This document shows positions 30,916 through 41,743 of a stretch of DNA of 64,000 nucleotides, in pieces. The DNA is taken from NCBI GenBank assembly GCA_963803805.1, contig CAWDOD010000002.1, positions 672,001 to 736,000 on the forward strand, given 5' to 3'. The notes beneath the pieces are model-generated. The model searched no databases. It saw only the letters and a list, made by a program, of their open reading frames with translations, and had not been told where the DNA came from. Source of the DNA: an uncultured cyanobacterium. Its GTDB lineage: Bacteria > Cyanobacteriota > Cyanobacteriia > Cyanobacteriales > CAWCAG01. How positions within the stretch are numbered: position 1 is the stretch's first letter; every line of letters begins with the position of its first letter. A program made the translations under genes and the position numbers.

Positions 30916-32319
30916 ATGCAAAAACAAAGTTCCCTCATTGCCTTGATAATTGTCCTCGTCATTGGTGCAATTGTACTTTTAGTGCAATTACCTCTCAATC
31001 TGGGCTTAGACTTGCGAGGAGGGGCGCAATTAACTATTCAGGTCAAACCTACTGAAGATATTAAAGAAATCTCAGAAGAAGACCTAGAAGCCGTTAAGCG
31101 CGTTATGCAAAATCGGGTTAATGCTAGTGGGGTATCTGAAGCAGTAGTACAAACAGCCGGAGGAGATAAAATTCTTGTCCAACTACCAGGGGTTAGTGAT
31201 CCTACTCAAGCAGAAAGAAGGCTTCAAGGGACAGCGCAATTGGAGTTTCGCGAACAACTAGCAGGAACAGAACAAGAATTGCGGGTAGAATTTGCTCTCC
31301 AACAACAACTGGAAGCAGAAATAGAAACACTACAAAAACAGGATGGCAAAGAAGAAGAAATTGCTGAAAAGCAAGAATCTCTCACTCAAACCAGAGAAGC
31401 CATAAATGAGCTTTTCGACACCCCAAAAGTAGAAGGCAAAAACTTAACTAATGCCTTAGCAACTCAATCTCCGAATGGTTTAGGCTGGCAAGTTTCCATC
31501 GCTTTTGATCAACAAGGAGGGGAAGATTTTGCTGAACTAACTAAAAACTTAGCTGGTACAGGGCGTAGTATTGGTATTTTCCTTGATGGGGTTTTAATTA
31601 GCGCCCCTACGGTAGGGGCGCAATATGCTGAAAAAGGCATTGATGGGGGCGGCGCAGATATTACCGGTAACTTTACCATTGAAGAAGCCCGTGACTTAGA
31701 AATTCAACTTCGTGGTGGTTCCTTACCTTTCCCGGTAGAAGTAGTGGAAAATCGCACCGTTGGGGCTACCTTGGGGCAAGATAGTATCAGGCGTAGTGTT
31801 TATGCAGCGATCGCCGGTTTAATCTTAGTATTAATCTTCATGGCAGTTTATTATCGCCTGCCAGGAATAATCGCTGATATTTCCTTAATCATTTACACAA
31901 TTTTGACCCTAGCTTGCTTCACCTTAGTCGGAGTCACCTTAACCCTACCAGGAATTGCCGGATTCATCCTCAGCATCGGTATGGCAGTGGATGCTAATGT
32001 ACTTATCTTTGAACGTACCAGGGAGGAACTCAGGGCAGGTAAAAGTCTCTATCGAGGAGTAGAATCGGGTTTTTACCGCGCGTTTTCGAGTATTTTAGAT
32101 AGTAATGTCACAACTTTAATCGCCTGTGCTGCCCTATTTTGGTTAGGTTCTGGCTTAGTTAAAGGTTTTGCTTTGACCCTAGCAATTGGTGTGGTTGTGA
32201 GTATGTTTACTGCTTTAACCTGTAGTCGTACTCTGTTAATGTTAATAGTCCTCAGTGTGCCAAAAGTTCGTCAAAAACCAGAATTATTTTGTCCAAACTT
32301 AAATGTAGCAACTAAGTGA
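30916..32319 (+). CDS. secD: Protein translocase subunit SecD
   Basis: [44 protein letters not shown]. Confidence 0.96.
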   Translation: MQKQSSLIALIIVLVIGAIVLLVQLPLNLGLDLRGGAQLTIQVKPTEDIKEISEEDLEAVKRVMQNRVNASGVSEAVVQTAGGDKILVQLPGVSDPTQAERRLQGTAQLEFREQLAGTEQELRVEFALQQQLEAEIETLQKQDGKEEEIAEKQESLTQTREAINELFDTPKVEGKNLTNALATQSPNGLGWQVSIAFDQQGGEDFAELTKNLAGTGRSIGIFLDGVLISAPTVGAQYAEKGIDGGGADITGNFTIEEARDLEIQLRGGSLPFPVEVVENRTVGATLGQDSIRRSVYAAIAGLILVLIFMAVYYRLPGIIADISLIIYTILTLACFTLVGVTLTLPGIAGFILSIGMAVDANVLIFERTREELRAGKSLYRGVESGFYRAFSSILDSNVTTLIACAALFWLGSGLVKGFALTLAIGVVVSMFTALTCSRTLLMLIVLSVPKVRQKPELFCPNLNVATK

Positions 32320-32358
32320 TAGGTGACAGGTGATAGGTAATGGGTAGTAGGTGAGTAG

Positions 32359-33319
32359 ATGAAATTTAGTGTTATTAAACGGCAACGTTTGTGGTGGAGT
32401 CATTTCTGCTGTTGCTATGGTCGGTAGTTTGCTGGCGATGGTTGTTTCCTTTAGCCAGTTAAATGCTCCCTTACGCCCTGGTTTAGACTTTGTAGGGGGA
32501 ACTCGCCTACAATTAAGTTTAGATTGTTCTGAACCCCAAAACTGTGAACAAGCAATCGAACCCGGTGAAGTTAGGGAAGTTCTCACAGAAAAAGGACTAG
32601 GGGGAAGTGGTGTTCAGGTTATTGACGAGCATACCGTAGCTATACGAATCAAAGAAAACCTGAGTGTAGACCAACGCAGCGACTTAGAAAAGGATTTAAG
32701 CAAAGCAATTGGTAAATTTGACCCTAACGGCATTCAAATAGATACCGTGGGCCCCACCATTGGTAAAGAACTCTTCGTAGCGGGTTTGCTTGCTCTGATT
32801 GTTTCCTTTTTCGGTATCATTGTCTATCTCAGCTTTCGCTTCAAATTCGACTATGCTATTTTCGCTATTTTGGCCCTATTCCACGATGTCTTAATTACCA
32901 CAGGTGTTTTTGCAGTATTAGGTTTAGTGGCTAATGTTGAAGTAGACAGTTTATTCCTAGTAGCCCTACTTACTATCATTGGTTTTTCTGTCAATGACAC
33001 CGTAGTCATTTATGATCGCGTCCGTGAAACCAGTAGCAAAATGCCCAATGAATCAATCAATGAAATTGTTGATCTTGCGGTTAATCAAACCTTGGGACGT
33101 TCCATCAATACCACATTAACCACCCTACTCCCCCTAGTAGCAATCTTCCTGTTCGGAGGAGAAACTCTAAAATATTTCGCCCTTGCTTTAATAGTTGGTT
33201 TCATTTTGGGTGCTTATTCCAGTATTTTTATTGCTAGTAGCTTATTAGCGTGGTGGAGAGAACTAAAAGGTATCAAAAATATCGCCATTGCAGAAACGCA
33301 AGTTTCCGATGAAGTTTAA
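32359..33319 (+). CDS. secF: Protein translocase subunit SecF (apparent +1 frameshift near 32400)
   Basis: [30 protein letters not shown]; the native-looking N-terminus [14 protein letters not shown] starts at ATG 32359 in a different frame from ORF 32369. Confidence 0.93.
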
Positions 33320-33364
33320 ATTGTTAGACTCTCCCATCTCCTAGTCTCTCCATCTCTCAGCCTT

Positions 33365-33766
33365 CTAGTCTCTGACAACAAACCTCCAGAGGGGATGACT
33401 TGGCCCTGTGGCACGAATCTTTAATACTCCTCTTTCTAAATGTTGCCTTTCCCTGGGGGGAAGACCAATCAAAATATTACGACTTTGCCAGACTAAAACC
33501 GCTGTAGTTAAACCACAACAGAAAGCTACGCAGAGGGTAGCTAGGGGATTGTAAAACAAACCATAGCGCACAGCTACCCAAGTAAAATATTCTCTCCATA
33601 GTTCAATTTCGTAGCGCAGTCCCCAAATACCTAAAACCCCCAAACTTAACCAGGAAATAACGACAATAAGCCATCTAAAATAAACGGTAAGTCGATGCAA
33701 TCTTTGTACTTGCTTAGCAAGTTTGGGGTCAGCTTTAGCAAGAGGAGAAGTATTTTGAGGTTTCAT
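33365..33766 (-). CDS. Conserved cyanobacterial membrane protein
   Basis: QVQRLHRLTVY.RW...YFTWVAVRYGL...VLVWQSRNIL.G...GPSHPLW; two TM segments. Confidence 0.7.
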   Translation of the reverse strand: MKPQNTSPLAKADPKLAKQVQRLHRLTVYFRWLIVVISWLSLGVLGIWGLRYEIELWREYFTWVAVRYGLFYNPLATLCVAFCCGLTTAVLVWQSRNILIGLPPRERQHLERGVLKIRATGPSHPLWRFVVRD

Positions 33767-33853
33767 CGACTAAGCTCCTTCGGGAAAGAATTAGCTAATT
33801 TCAAGGGAGAATTCAGTTAAAATAACATAATCAGCCCTTAAACATCGAAGAAA

Positions 33854-34411
33854 GTGAAGCAGGAGAGAGTAACCGACAAATCAACCTCCCCCTTCTCGCC
33901 AGTTCCTAGTAAGCTGGTCAATAGTCACTATGGTCTTTTGGGACTTCATCCCTCAGCCTCAGTTGTTGATATTCGCCGTTCTTATCGAGAATTAAGCAAG
34001 CGCTACCATCCAGATACAACTGACTTGCCCACAGCAGAAGCCACAGCTAAATTTCAGCAACTCAATGAAGCCTATGCTACCTTAAGCAATCCAGAGTTGC
34101 GATCGCTCTACAATAATAAAATTGGTTATTCTCCCTTCCATGTCATTCAAGCTCCTTTAGAATCACAACAGAGGAAACCATCCCCCAGAAAATGGTCTAA
34201 TTCAGCTTATCTTGACCCCACAGACCGTCCTCTTTCTCCTGGAGAACTATTTGCTTTATTTATCTTGGGTTTAACCTTTGTGGGCTGCTTAATCATCGCT
34301 ATATTTATTGGTTTAACTAGGGGGGATACAGCGCTTCAAGTATCAAACCTTACTAAGATTAACTCTTGCGCCGTTGCTAATTTCCAGACTTTGTTAAAAA
34401 TATTATTTTAA
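33854..34411 (+). CDS. J-domain protein with C-terminal TM helix
   Basis: HYGLLGL...IRRSYRELSKRYHPD...FQQLNEAYATLSNP. Confidence 0.9.
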   Translation: MKQERVTDKSTSPFSPVPSKLVNSHYGLLGLHPSASVVDIRRSYRELSKRYHPDTTDLPTAEATAKFQQLNEAYATLSNPELRSLYNNKIGYSPFHVIQAPLESQQRKPSPRKWSNSAYLDPTDRPLSPGELFALFILGLTFVGCLIIAIFIGLTRGDTALQVSNLTKINSCAVANFQTLLKILF

Positions 34412-34416
34412 AATCA

Positions 34417-34689
34417 ATGCCTACCTTACCTTCTGAAACACCTCTTTATAACCATCCTTTACCAGAAATCGAGCAATGGCTAGCGAACTTAGGCTGCAAG
34501 CAAGACAGAGAAAACTTACATTGCTGGGAAGTAAAACGACCTAGTTGGCAAGCACAGTTGTGTCTCGATGTTGAGGAATTAACTGTCCACTATTTCCCAA
34601 CTGAGGAAGCTGAACAAGATATTACCCGTTCTTTCAAATATTCCCTTAGTCGTGGTGATATAGAATCAGCAGTTTTTTCTGGCCCCTAA
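34417..34689 (+). CDS. DUF3143 family protein
   Basis: LPSETPLYNHPLPEIEQWL...RSFKYSLSRGDIESAVFSGP. Confidence 0.82.
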   Translation: MPTLPSETPLYNHPLPEIEQWLANLGCKQDRENLHCWEVKRPSWQAQLCLDVEELTVHYFPTEEAEQDITRSFKYSLSRGDIESAVFSGP

Positions 34690-34707
34690 CACAAGAAATT
34701 AAATTTT

Positions 34708-34989
34708 ATGGTTCAATCAACGGAACATTGTTACATTATTAAAAATAGTGAAATTCTTAGTGGAGAGCCTATTATCAAAGAAACAAGGACTCCAGTACGA
34801 GCGATTGTGGAAATGTGGCGTATGGGCATTTCCCCAGAAGAAATTCCTCAGCGCTTACCCCATCTAGTTTTATCCCAAGTTTTTGATGCTCTTAGTTATT
34901 ATCTGGATCACCAAGCAGAAATCAATGAATATATTGAGCTTAATCGTATTCCAGAAGAGTTAATTGATCCGAGAGTTCGCAAAGCATGA
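34708..34989 (+). CDS. DUF433 family putative antitoxin
   Basis: ILSGEPIIKETRTPVRAIVE...SPEEI...LSQVFDALSYY. Confidence 0.88.
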   Translation: MVQSTEHCYIIKNSEILSGEPIIKETRTPVRAIVEMWRMGISPEEIPQRLPHLVLSQVFDALSYYLDHQAEINEYIELNRIPEELIDPRVRKA

Positions 34990-35333
34990 GTGATATTTTT
35001 ATTCATGTTTATCTAGATGAAGATATTGATGTTCTAGTTGCAACTCTTTTGCGTTCTCGTGGATTTGAAGCAACTACTGCTCGTCAAGCAGGGCAACTGG
35101 GAAAAACGGATGCAGAGCAATTGGAATATGCTGTTAGTCAACAAAGAGCTATCTTAACCCATAACAGAATTGATTTTGAAGTCCTTGCAAGAGAATATTT
35201 TGCACAAGAGAGGCTGCATTATGGAATTATTATTGCTGTTAGAAATCCGTATCAAGAAATTGTGCAAAGATTACTCACTATTTTGAATAGCACTACAATA
35301 GATGAAATGGAAAATCAACTTCTCTACATTTGA
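34986..35333 (+). CDS. DUF5615 (PIN-like) putative toxin
   Basis: YLDEDI...TDAEQLEYA...RAILTHNRIDF...HYGII; ATGA overlap with the DUF433 gene. Confidence 0.87.
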   Translation: MSDIFIHVYLDEDIDVLVATLLRSRGFEATTARQAGQLGKTDAEQLEYAVSQQRAILTHNRIDFEVLAREYFAQERLHYGIIIAVRNPYQEIVQRLLTILNSTTIDEMENQLLYI

Positions 35334-35363
35334 AAGTTGAGTCGATTCGTAGGTTTTATAACA

Positions 35364-37724
35364 GTGGGAAGAAAAAAACGAAAGAAAAAGAAAAAATCTT
35401 CTACAGAAAATATTAAAACTAAATCAAAAGGTTTTGCTGTTCGTCGTCCTCAAGCAGAATTTACTGGATTTCGTTACTATCAAATGCCCTTACCAGTTAG
35501 GGGAATGTCCCAAGAGAAGACTAATGAAGCAATCCAGAAACTAGGCGGAAAATTTGAGCAGCAGTTTGAAACTTCTCTCGAAAAACTGCGGGAAAAAGCT
35601 CTTAAAGTAGAGCCTTGCTCTCTACTGTCACTTTTTTCAAACTATGATTTGACAACTTCTCCTGGTGTCAATCGTGAGTTTACCGAAGAAGATCCTATTC
35701 TTCAACATCACGTAGAATTCTTACAAGGTTTGCTTCTTCAATATTCACCTGATTCATTCGATTCTACACCAGCCTTACCGGAAGACTTTGTTGAAATTCG
35801 TCAACTTGTTCAGGACGTTACAGAGGGATTTCCAATGAGGCGGTTAGCTGCAACTGACTCATCATTACCTGTAGAGCAACGTCAGCAGATTAGACTTTTA
35901 GAAAGTATTAGAGCAGAGACTCAAGCCATTCGTAATTGGGCATACCCTCAACAAACTAGACGGATAGTTTCAGATTTGTTTTCCAGCTTAGATGATGAGA
36001 TCGAACAAAAAACTGGAGTTAGAATTGCTTATTTAGTTGAAATGTGGTTCAACTTATGTGAGCTTATTGAAGGCAAAATCAACCAGCATCGGAACTTAGT
36101 TTTGTCTGCACTTCGTGCTAAAAATATTAAAACAGTTACCAAAAGATACTATCAAGCTTTCCCTGACTCAAATTTATCCCCGGATGAACTTTTAGATATT
36201 GTAAAAGATAATAACTTAAATCTTGATAACGTAAGAGCTATTCTTTTGGGAGATAGTGATATCAAGCTAAGTGAAATTTTTACATTAACGATACAAGACT
36301 TTGTGGATGCTTATCCACAAACTATTAATCCAAACTTACTAAAAAATGTTTTAACAACTTGGACTTTATCTTTTGGAGATTTATCAAATTTTAATACAGA
36401 GTATTTATTTCTTGGTAATCCTGTTTGGAAAAAACCTCTAATTAAGCTTAATGATAAAACTTATTTTTGTCCGATATTGACACTTTTTTTAAACTATTTG
36501 ACAGAGCTGATGGAAGCTGTCATTAAACCCTACACAGAACTCTATCAAAAATATGAGGAGCGTCGAGGGAAATTTTTGGAAGAAGAAATTTATCGACTCT
36601 TTCATGAAGCTTTTCCCTCGGCTAAAATTTACAGAGGTAGTAATTGGGTTGATCCAATAACCCAAAAGAATTTTGAAAATGATCTTTTAGTTTTACTTGA
36701 TTCCCATTTGCTAGTTGTAGAGGCTAAATCTGGTCGAGTAACAGAAACTACACGACGTGGAGCAGTAGGTAGTCTGAAGAAGATTCTTAAAAGGTTGGTA
36801 GTAGAACCATCAATTCAATCGAAAAGATTTGCTGATTATTTAAGAGATAATCCAGGATTGCACACGTTTAAAAATTACAAGGGAGAAATGAATGAAATTG
36901 ACAATTCAAATGTTCATGAAATAATTCGTTTAAGTGTCACTTTAGAATCTTTAAGTACTATTTTTTGTCGCTCAACTGACTTAAAAGAAGCAGGATTAAT
37001 TCCATCTAATCTACAGATTTCCCCAACTATACTCCTCGCTGATCTGGAAATTATCTTTGAGATTTTGGAGGGAAGCTGTGAGAAACTACATTATTTAATG
37101 AGACGAGAAGAATTTGAGCAGAATGCCGAATATATTGGAGAAGAAATTGACTTGCTAGGCTTCTATCTTGATACAGGATTCAACATTGGAGAACTTGATT
37201 TTAAACATAATACACATAACAAGCTTTGTTTCTCAGGTGCGTCAAACATTTTTGATCCGTTCTTTCTAAAAGAACTTCCTGAAAAAGAAACCCCAAAACC
37301 AAAGCGCAAATTAACAGATTGGTGGAGAAAAATTATTCATAGAATTGAGACCCAGCAGTTTCAGCGTTGGACAGAAGCTGGGTGTATGCTACTTAACTTT
37401 GCTTATAATGAACAACTAGAGTTTGAAAAGAACTTCAAGCATACTAAGAAAGTTGTCAATAAATCTTGGGAAAAACCAGACCACATTAATACCTGTATAT
37501 TGATTAATGAAATAGCGCCAGAACGAGGTGCAGTGGCAGGATTAGCATATAAGCGTCTCAGTAGAGAAAAAAGAAACTTAACAATAGAAAATACTATAGA
37601 GCAAACTATGGATATTTCTGAGGTTAACCAAGTTTTTGTGATTGGAGTAGACGTTGAACATAATGATTACCCCTATACCGTAGGTGGTTATTATCCCAGT
37701 CAAGAAAAAGATAATTCTTGTTGA
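35364..37724 (+). CDS. Large hypothetical protein with central NERD/PD-(D/E)XK nuclease-like motif
   Basis: RGKFLEEEI...ENDLLVLLDSHLLVVEAKSG; start set at GTG 35364 (ORF track starts at 35337). Confidence 0.65.
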   Translation: MGRKKRKKKKKSSTENIKTKSKGFAVRRPQAEFTGFRYYQMPLPVRGMSQEKTNEAIQKLGGKFEQQFETSLEKLREKALKVEPCSLLSLFSNYDLTTSPGVNREFTEEDPILQHHVEFLQGLLLQYSPDSFDSTPALPEDFVEIRQLVQDVTEGFPMRRLAATDSSLPVEQRQQIRLLESIRAETQAIRNWAYPQQTRRIVSDLFSSLDDEIEQKTGVRIAYLVEMWFNLCELIEGKINQHRNLVLSALRAKNIKTVTKRYYQAFPDSNLSPDELLDIVKDNNLNLDNVRAILLGDSDIKLSEIFTLTIQDFVDAYPQTINPNLLKNVLTTWTLSFGDLSNFNTEYLFLGNPVWKKPLIKLNDKTYFCPILTLFLNYLTELMEAVIKPYTELYQKYEERRGKFLEEEIYRLFHEAFPSAKIYRGSNWVDPITQKNFENDLLVLLDSHLLVVEAKSGRVTETTRRGAVGSLKKILKRLVVEPSIQSKRFADYLRDNPGLHTFKNYKGEMNEIDNSNVHEIIRLSVTLESLSTIFCRSTDLKEAGLIPSNLQISPTILLADLEIIFEILEGSCEKLHYLMRREEFEQNAEYIGEEIDLLGFYLDTGFNIGELDFKHNTHNKLCFSGASNIFDPFFLKELPEKETPKPKRKLTDWWRKIIHRIETQQFQRWTEAGCMLLNFAYNEQLEFEKNFKHTKKVVNKSWEKPDHINTCILINEIAPERGAVAGLAYKRLSREKRNLTIENTIEQTMDISEVNQVFVIGVDVEHNDYPYTVGGYYPSQEKDNSC

Positions 37725-37771
37725 ATAGCTTAATGAAAAATTAAGTATGAACAAAGGTGCAAAATAGATTT

Positions 37772-38518
37772 TTATACTTTTCCAAAACGCCTATTGCGGT
37801 TTTGATAAGCCAACAAAGCCTTATGAAACTCCACTCGATTAAAATCGGGCCAAAGGGTCGAAGTCACATAAATCTCTGCATAAGCCATTTGCCACAACAA
37901 AAAATTACTCAAACGCATTTCCCCACTAGTACGAATCAACAAATCAGGATGGGAAAGCTGGGCTGTATAAAGACTTTTTCAAAAACCTCCTCATCAATCT
38001 CTTCTACTTTAAGAGTGCCTTGCTGTACTTGAGAAGCAATTTCCTGGCAAGCTTGAAGAATCTCTTGTCTGCCTCCATAATTAGTCGCCACCGTAAATTG
38101 GATACCTTGATTATTTTTAGTATCTTCCATCGACCGAAAAATTTCTTCTTGCAACGAGTCTGGCAAAGCCCTTAAATTGCCGATGAAACGAATTCTGACA
38201 TCTTCTGTCATCATCTCTGCCAACTCTCGCCGCAGCACTCTTTCAAATAGGGTCATCAAAAAATCCACTTCTTCTAGAGGCCGCCCAGTTTTCCGTAGAA
38301 AAAGCGTAAGCAGTCAAGGCCGGAATGCCCCAATCTCGACAGCAGCGTAATAAATCTTTTAAAACATCCACCCCACGACGATGACCCATAATTCTCGGTC
38401 GTCCTTTACCTTTAGCCCAACGGCCATTGCCATCCATAATTGCTGCCACATGGCGAGGTAGGCGATTTTTATCTAAATCCGGGGGTAATTTTTCTAACAC
38501 ACTTGGCTTGGCAGTCAT
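37772..38518 (-). CDS. uppS: Isoprenyl transferase / undecaprenyl diphosphate synthase, with two apparent frameshifts (~38285, ~37977)
   Basis: [33 protein letters not shown], and in a third frame [25 protein letters not shown]...RRFGKV* ending at 37772. Confidence 0.93.
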
Positions 38519-39435
38519 TTCTTCTTTTTGAAGGTTGTTGACGGAAAACGACGGATACGCTCTAGCAATGCTCGTCCTTGGGAACCCAAAAGGCGACCTA
38601 AACGACCTAGACCAGGAGCCACTGCCTCTCGGTCAACAGCAGGAGAGAACCTTGCTTCCAATAGCTCTTTTAGTTTACTGCTAGTTAATGGTCGGTTTAA
38701 ATTCCTCTTTTCAGCTAGAGATATAGAACCTGTTTCTTCCGAGACAACTATACACAAACATTTTTCCACTCTCTCTGTAATCCCCATAGCTGCTCGGTGG
38801 CGAGTACCTAATTGACGCGAAGCTATACGTTCAGATAGAGGTAAAATAACCCCCGCAGCAGCAATACGAGAACCTCGGACTAATACAGCCCCATCATGAA
38901 GTAAAGTTGAGGTTTGGAAAATAGTTTGCAATAATTCCTTAGAAATTTCCGCGTTGATAATCACTCCAGGAACAGAAAAATCCCGGTCATCGATAGGACT
39001 TCCTGTTTCCACGATAATTAGAGCGCCGGTGCGGTTTTGGGATAATTGTTTGACAGCATCAACAATTTCATCGATGACATTATCTGCTTCTGGTAATAGG
39101 CGGCGGGTAGGTTTTTGGCATAATTGCTTGATGTCTCCCCTCCCTAACCGCTCTAAAAATTGACGAAACTCTGACTGGAAAATAACAGCCATAGCTACAG
39201 AAGAACCAACTACAAGCTTTTCTAGCAAAAAACTCAACAATTCCAGGTTAAGTCTATTACTTACAACTGTAGCTAGCATGAGAATAATTAATCCTCTGAC
39301 CATCCATAGGGTACGACGCTCCCCAATAATTAGGAGAACGATGTAGGTAAGAGCGAGAACCAATCCGATATCAAGGCTATGAACTAGCCAAGACTGAATT
39401 TCCCGGAGGTCAGGAAGCGAACCCGACAAAGGCAT
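38515..39435 (-). CDS. cdaA: Diadenylate cyclase CdaA (DisA_N with 3 TM helices)
   Basis: LLHDGAV and [10 protein letters not shown] motifs; lysA-cdaA-uppS gene order. Confidence 0.93.
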   Translation of the reverse strand: MPLSGSLPDLREIQSWLVHSLDIGLVLALTYIVLLIIGERRTLWMVRGLIILMLATVVSNRLNLELLSFLLEKLVVGSSVAMAVIFQSEFRQFLERLGRGDIKQLCQKPTRRLLPEADNVIDEIVDAVKQLSQNRTGALIIVETGSPIDDRDFSVPGVIINAEISKELLQTIFQTSTLLHDGAVLVRGSRIAAAGVILPLSERIASRQLGTRHRAAMGITERVEKCLCIVVSEETGSISLAEKRNLNRPLTSSKLKELLEARFSPAVDREAVAPGLGRLGRLLGSQGRALLERIRRFPSTTFKKKK

Positions 39436-39475
39436 TACTTATACTTAAAGTGAAATAATGCTTACACTTACTCCA

Positions 39476-40912
39476 TCAGTGTTGATTGAGTAGTTTATTT
39501 TGAACAAGTCTTTCTGGCAAACAATCTTGCTTAATTAAATCTTGGTAGGTTTCCCTTTGGATAATTAAGTTAGTTTCCCCTTTATACACTAAAACAGTGG
39601 CTGGGCGGGGTAAACGATTGTAGTTAGAAGCCATACTATAGTTATAAGCTCCAGTACCCAGAACGGCGACAATATCCCTGGGTTGGAGTTTCGGAAGAAG
39701 TATATCTTTGATGACAATATCCCCTGATTCGCAATGCTTTCCGGCAATTGTAACAGTTTCTTGAAAAACTGCTGACATTCGGTTAGCAACGACGGCTTGA
39801 TAATCTGATTGGTAAGTAATAGGGCGAGGGTTATCTGACATACCACCATCAACAGAAACATAGGTTCTGATGCCTGGTATTTCTTTACGACTACCAACCC
39901 GATAAGCTGTGACGCAAGCTGAACCAATGAGCGATCGCCCTGGTTCAACAATCAGCTTAGGCAGAGGGATTTGTTTAGCTTGACAAGCTTTCTCCATTGC
40001 TTGGCAAGCTGCTTTGACCCATTCATCAATACTAGGGGGGTCATCTGCTTCGGTGTAGCGAATACCTAAACCGCCACCAATATTCAGTTCTTCAATGGCT
40101 AAACCATATTCCTGGGCTTTCTCTAGCCATTCTACTAAAACCCCAGCTAAATCTTGGTGGGGTTGGCGCTCAAAGATTTGGGAACCAATATGGGCATGAA
40201 GCCCAACACAGTTGAGGGTTGTCTGTTCTTTGAGGAAGCTAAAAACTTTGGGTAATTGATGGGGATCGAAGCCAAATTTGCTGTCAAGATGACCTGTACG
40301 AATATATTCATGGGTATGGCACTCAATGCCAGGAGTGATACGAACCATCACCCGCAGAGGTTTACTCAGTATTCCGGATAGGGAATATTCTTTGGTCATC
40401 TCAGCCAGCATCTCTAACTCAAGCCAGTTATCGATGATGACAGTACAACGATTATCAATGGCTAGTTGCAATTCTGCGGCGGATTTGTTGTTGCCATGAA
40501 AATAAATCTTGGCCGCACTAACCTCAGCTTGTAGGGCGGTGTAAAGTTCCCCGCCAGAAACCACATCCAAACCTAATCCTTCGCTATCAACGATGGCGCA
40601 AATTGCCAAACAACTCCAGGCTTTGGAAGCATAAATAACTAAGGATTCTCCAGGGTAATATTTAGCAAGGGCATCTCGATATTGGCGACAAGAGGCCCTT
40701 AAGGTTTCTTCATCCAAAATATAGAGGGGGGAGCGAAATTGTTCTACTAAACTAGTCACAGAGCAACCGCCAATTTCTAAACAATCTTGTTCATTAACTT
40801 TGGCAGTTAAAGGTAGAAGACTCTGGTTCGGAGAAATCGGTTTTTCTACATCCCTAGCATTAGGTAGATACTGATGTCCAGTTGATTCTAATTGAGGTTG
40901 AGTGGATAACAT
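39476..40912 (-). CDS. lysA: Diaminopimelate decarboxylase
   Basis: YASKA (PLP lysine), HAHIGSQI, EPGRS, KHCESGD, GAYNYSMASNYN. Confidence 0.96.
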   Translation of the reverse strand: MLSTQPQLESTGHQYLPNARDVEKPISPNQSLLPLTAKVNEQDCLEIGGCSVTSLVEQFRSPLYILDEETLRASCRQYRDALAKYYPGESLVIYASKAWSCLAICAIVDSEGLGLDVVSGGELYTALQAEVSAAKIYFHGNNKSAAELQLAIDNRCTVIIDNWLELEMLAEMTKEYSLSGILSKPLRVMVRITPGIECHTHEYIRTGHLDSKFGFDPHQLPKVFSFLKEQTTLNCVGLHAHIGSQIFERQPHQDLAGVLVEWLEKAQEYGLAIEELNIGGGLGIRYTEADDPPSIDEWVKAACQAMEKACQAKQIPLPKLIVEPGRSLIGSACVTAYRVGSRKEIPGIRTYVSVDGGMSDNPRPITYQSDYQAVVANRMSAVFQETVTIAGKHCESGDIVIKDILLPKLQPRDIVAVLGTGAYNYSMASNYNRLPRPATVLVYKGETNLIIQRETYQDLIKQDCLPERLVQNKLLNQH

Positions 40913-41058
40913 ATAGCAATTCTATTGGGAATGTAAATACAGAATTAAACGTTTTAGGAAATAGTCACTTTTTCAATAGGGGCAAGAAATACAGAGTTTT
41001 TGCTCTCAGAGTAAATCTGTCAGATTACAAATAACCAGCAAACGCCCTTGTTTTTTAA

Positions 41059-41658
41059 GTGTACAATTTCAAGGCAATGACTTTATCAGAACTTATTCTA
41101 GAACCCCTCAAACCAGAGCAGCTTTCTTTAGCTGTAGCATTAGATAAGTTATGTCTGGGGGGGCTTTGGAGCTTAGAAGGATATCAAAGGGAGTTAACTA
41201 GCCCCAATAGTCAATTTTTGGTAATTTCGCGTAATTGTTCCCCAACTTCCGAGCAATATTTAATTGGTTTAGGTTGTTTTTGGGCCATCTTAGAAGAAGC
41301 TCATATTACTCTTTTGGCTGTTCATCCTGATTACCAAAATCAAGGCTTAGGACAAATATTATTAATTAACTTACTCAAACAAGCTCGATTTCGTAACCTA
41401 GAACGAGCAACATTGGAAGTAAGAGCAACAAATCAAGTTGCTTTATCTCTCTATCAAAAGTTTGGTTTTCAAATAGCAGGAAAACGCCGAGGATATTACC
41501 AAAAAACGAATGAAGATGCCCTAATACTCTGGCTTAATCATTTGCAAACCAGAGAATTTGCCCAAAAATTGACTATTTGGTCACAAAAAGCCCACCAGCA
41601 CTTAATTTCTTCTGGCTGGATAATAAAAACGCTCCCCACCTCAGCCCATCAAAGCTGA
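41059..41658 (+). CDS. rimI: RimI-type GNAT N-acetyltransferase
   Basis: EEAHITLLAVHPDYQNQGLG, ATLEVRATN..A..LYQKFGF...RRGYY...EDALIL. Confidence 0.88.
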   Translation: MYNFKAMTLSELILEPLKPEQLSLAVALDKLCLGGLWSLEGYQRELTSPNSQFLVISRNCSPTSEQYLIGLGCFWAILEEAHITLLAVHPDYQNQGLGQILLINLLKQARFRNLERATLEVRATNQVALSLYQKFGFQIAGKRRGYYQKTNEDALILWLNHLQTREFAQKLTIWSQKAHQHLISSGWIIKTLPTSAHQS

Positions 41659-41743
41659 ATTTACCCCACAGCAAGAAATTTGCCCTATGCTAGAATCAGC
41701 TTACAAGGGCAAGCAACAAAGCAACAGGTGATGGGAAAAGATC

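Noticed and set aside
35364-37724. Apparent absence of HIP1 (GCGATCGC) as evidence of foreign origin
   Set aside because: HIP1 spacing in this window is of the order of kilobases, so a 2.4-kb gap is not informative
37757-38032. 91-aa + strand ORF, and similar short antisense ORFs across the ORF track
   Set aside because: Shadow ORFs opposite well-supported genes (here the uppS 3' part), with no recognisable motifs
37772-38518. uppS as a true pseudogene or programmed frameshift
   Set aside because: Both shifts lie in homopolymer runs, the protein is otherwise fully conserved and normally essential; sequencing error is more likely
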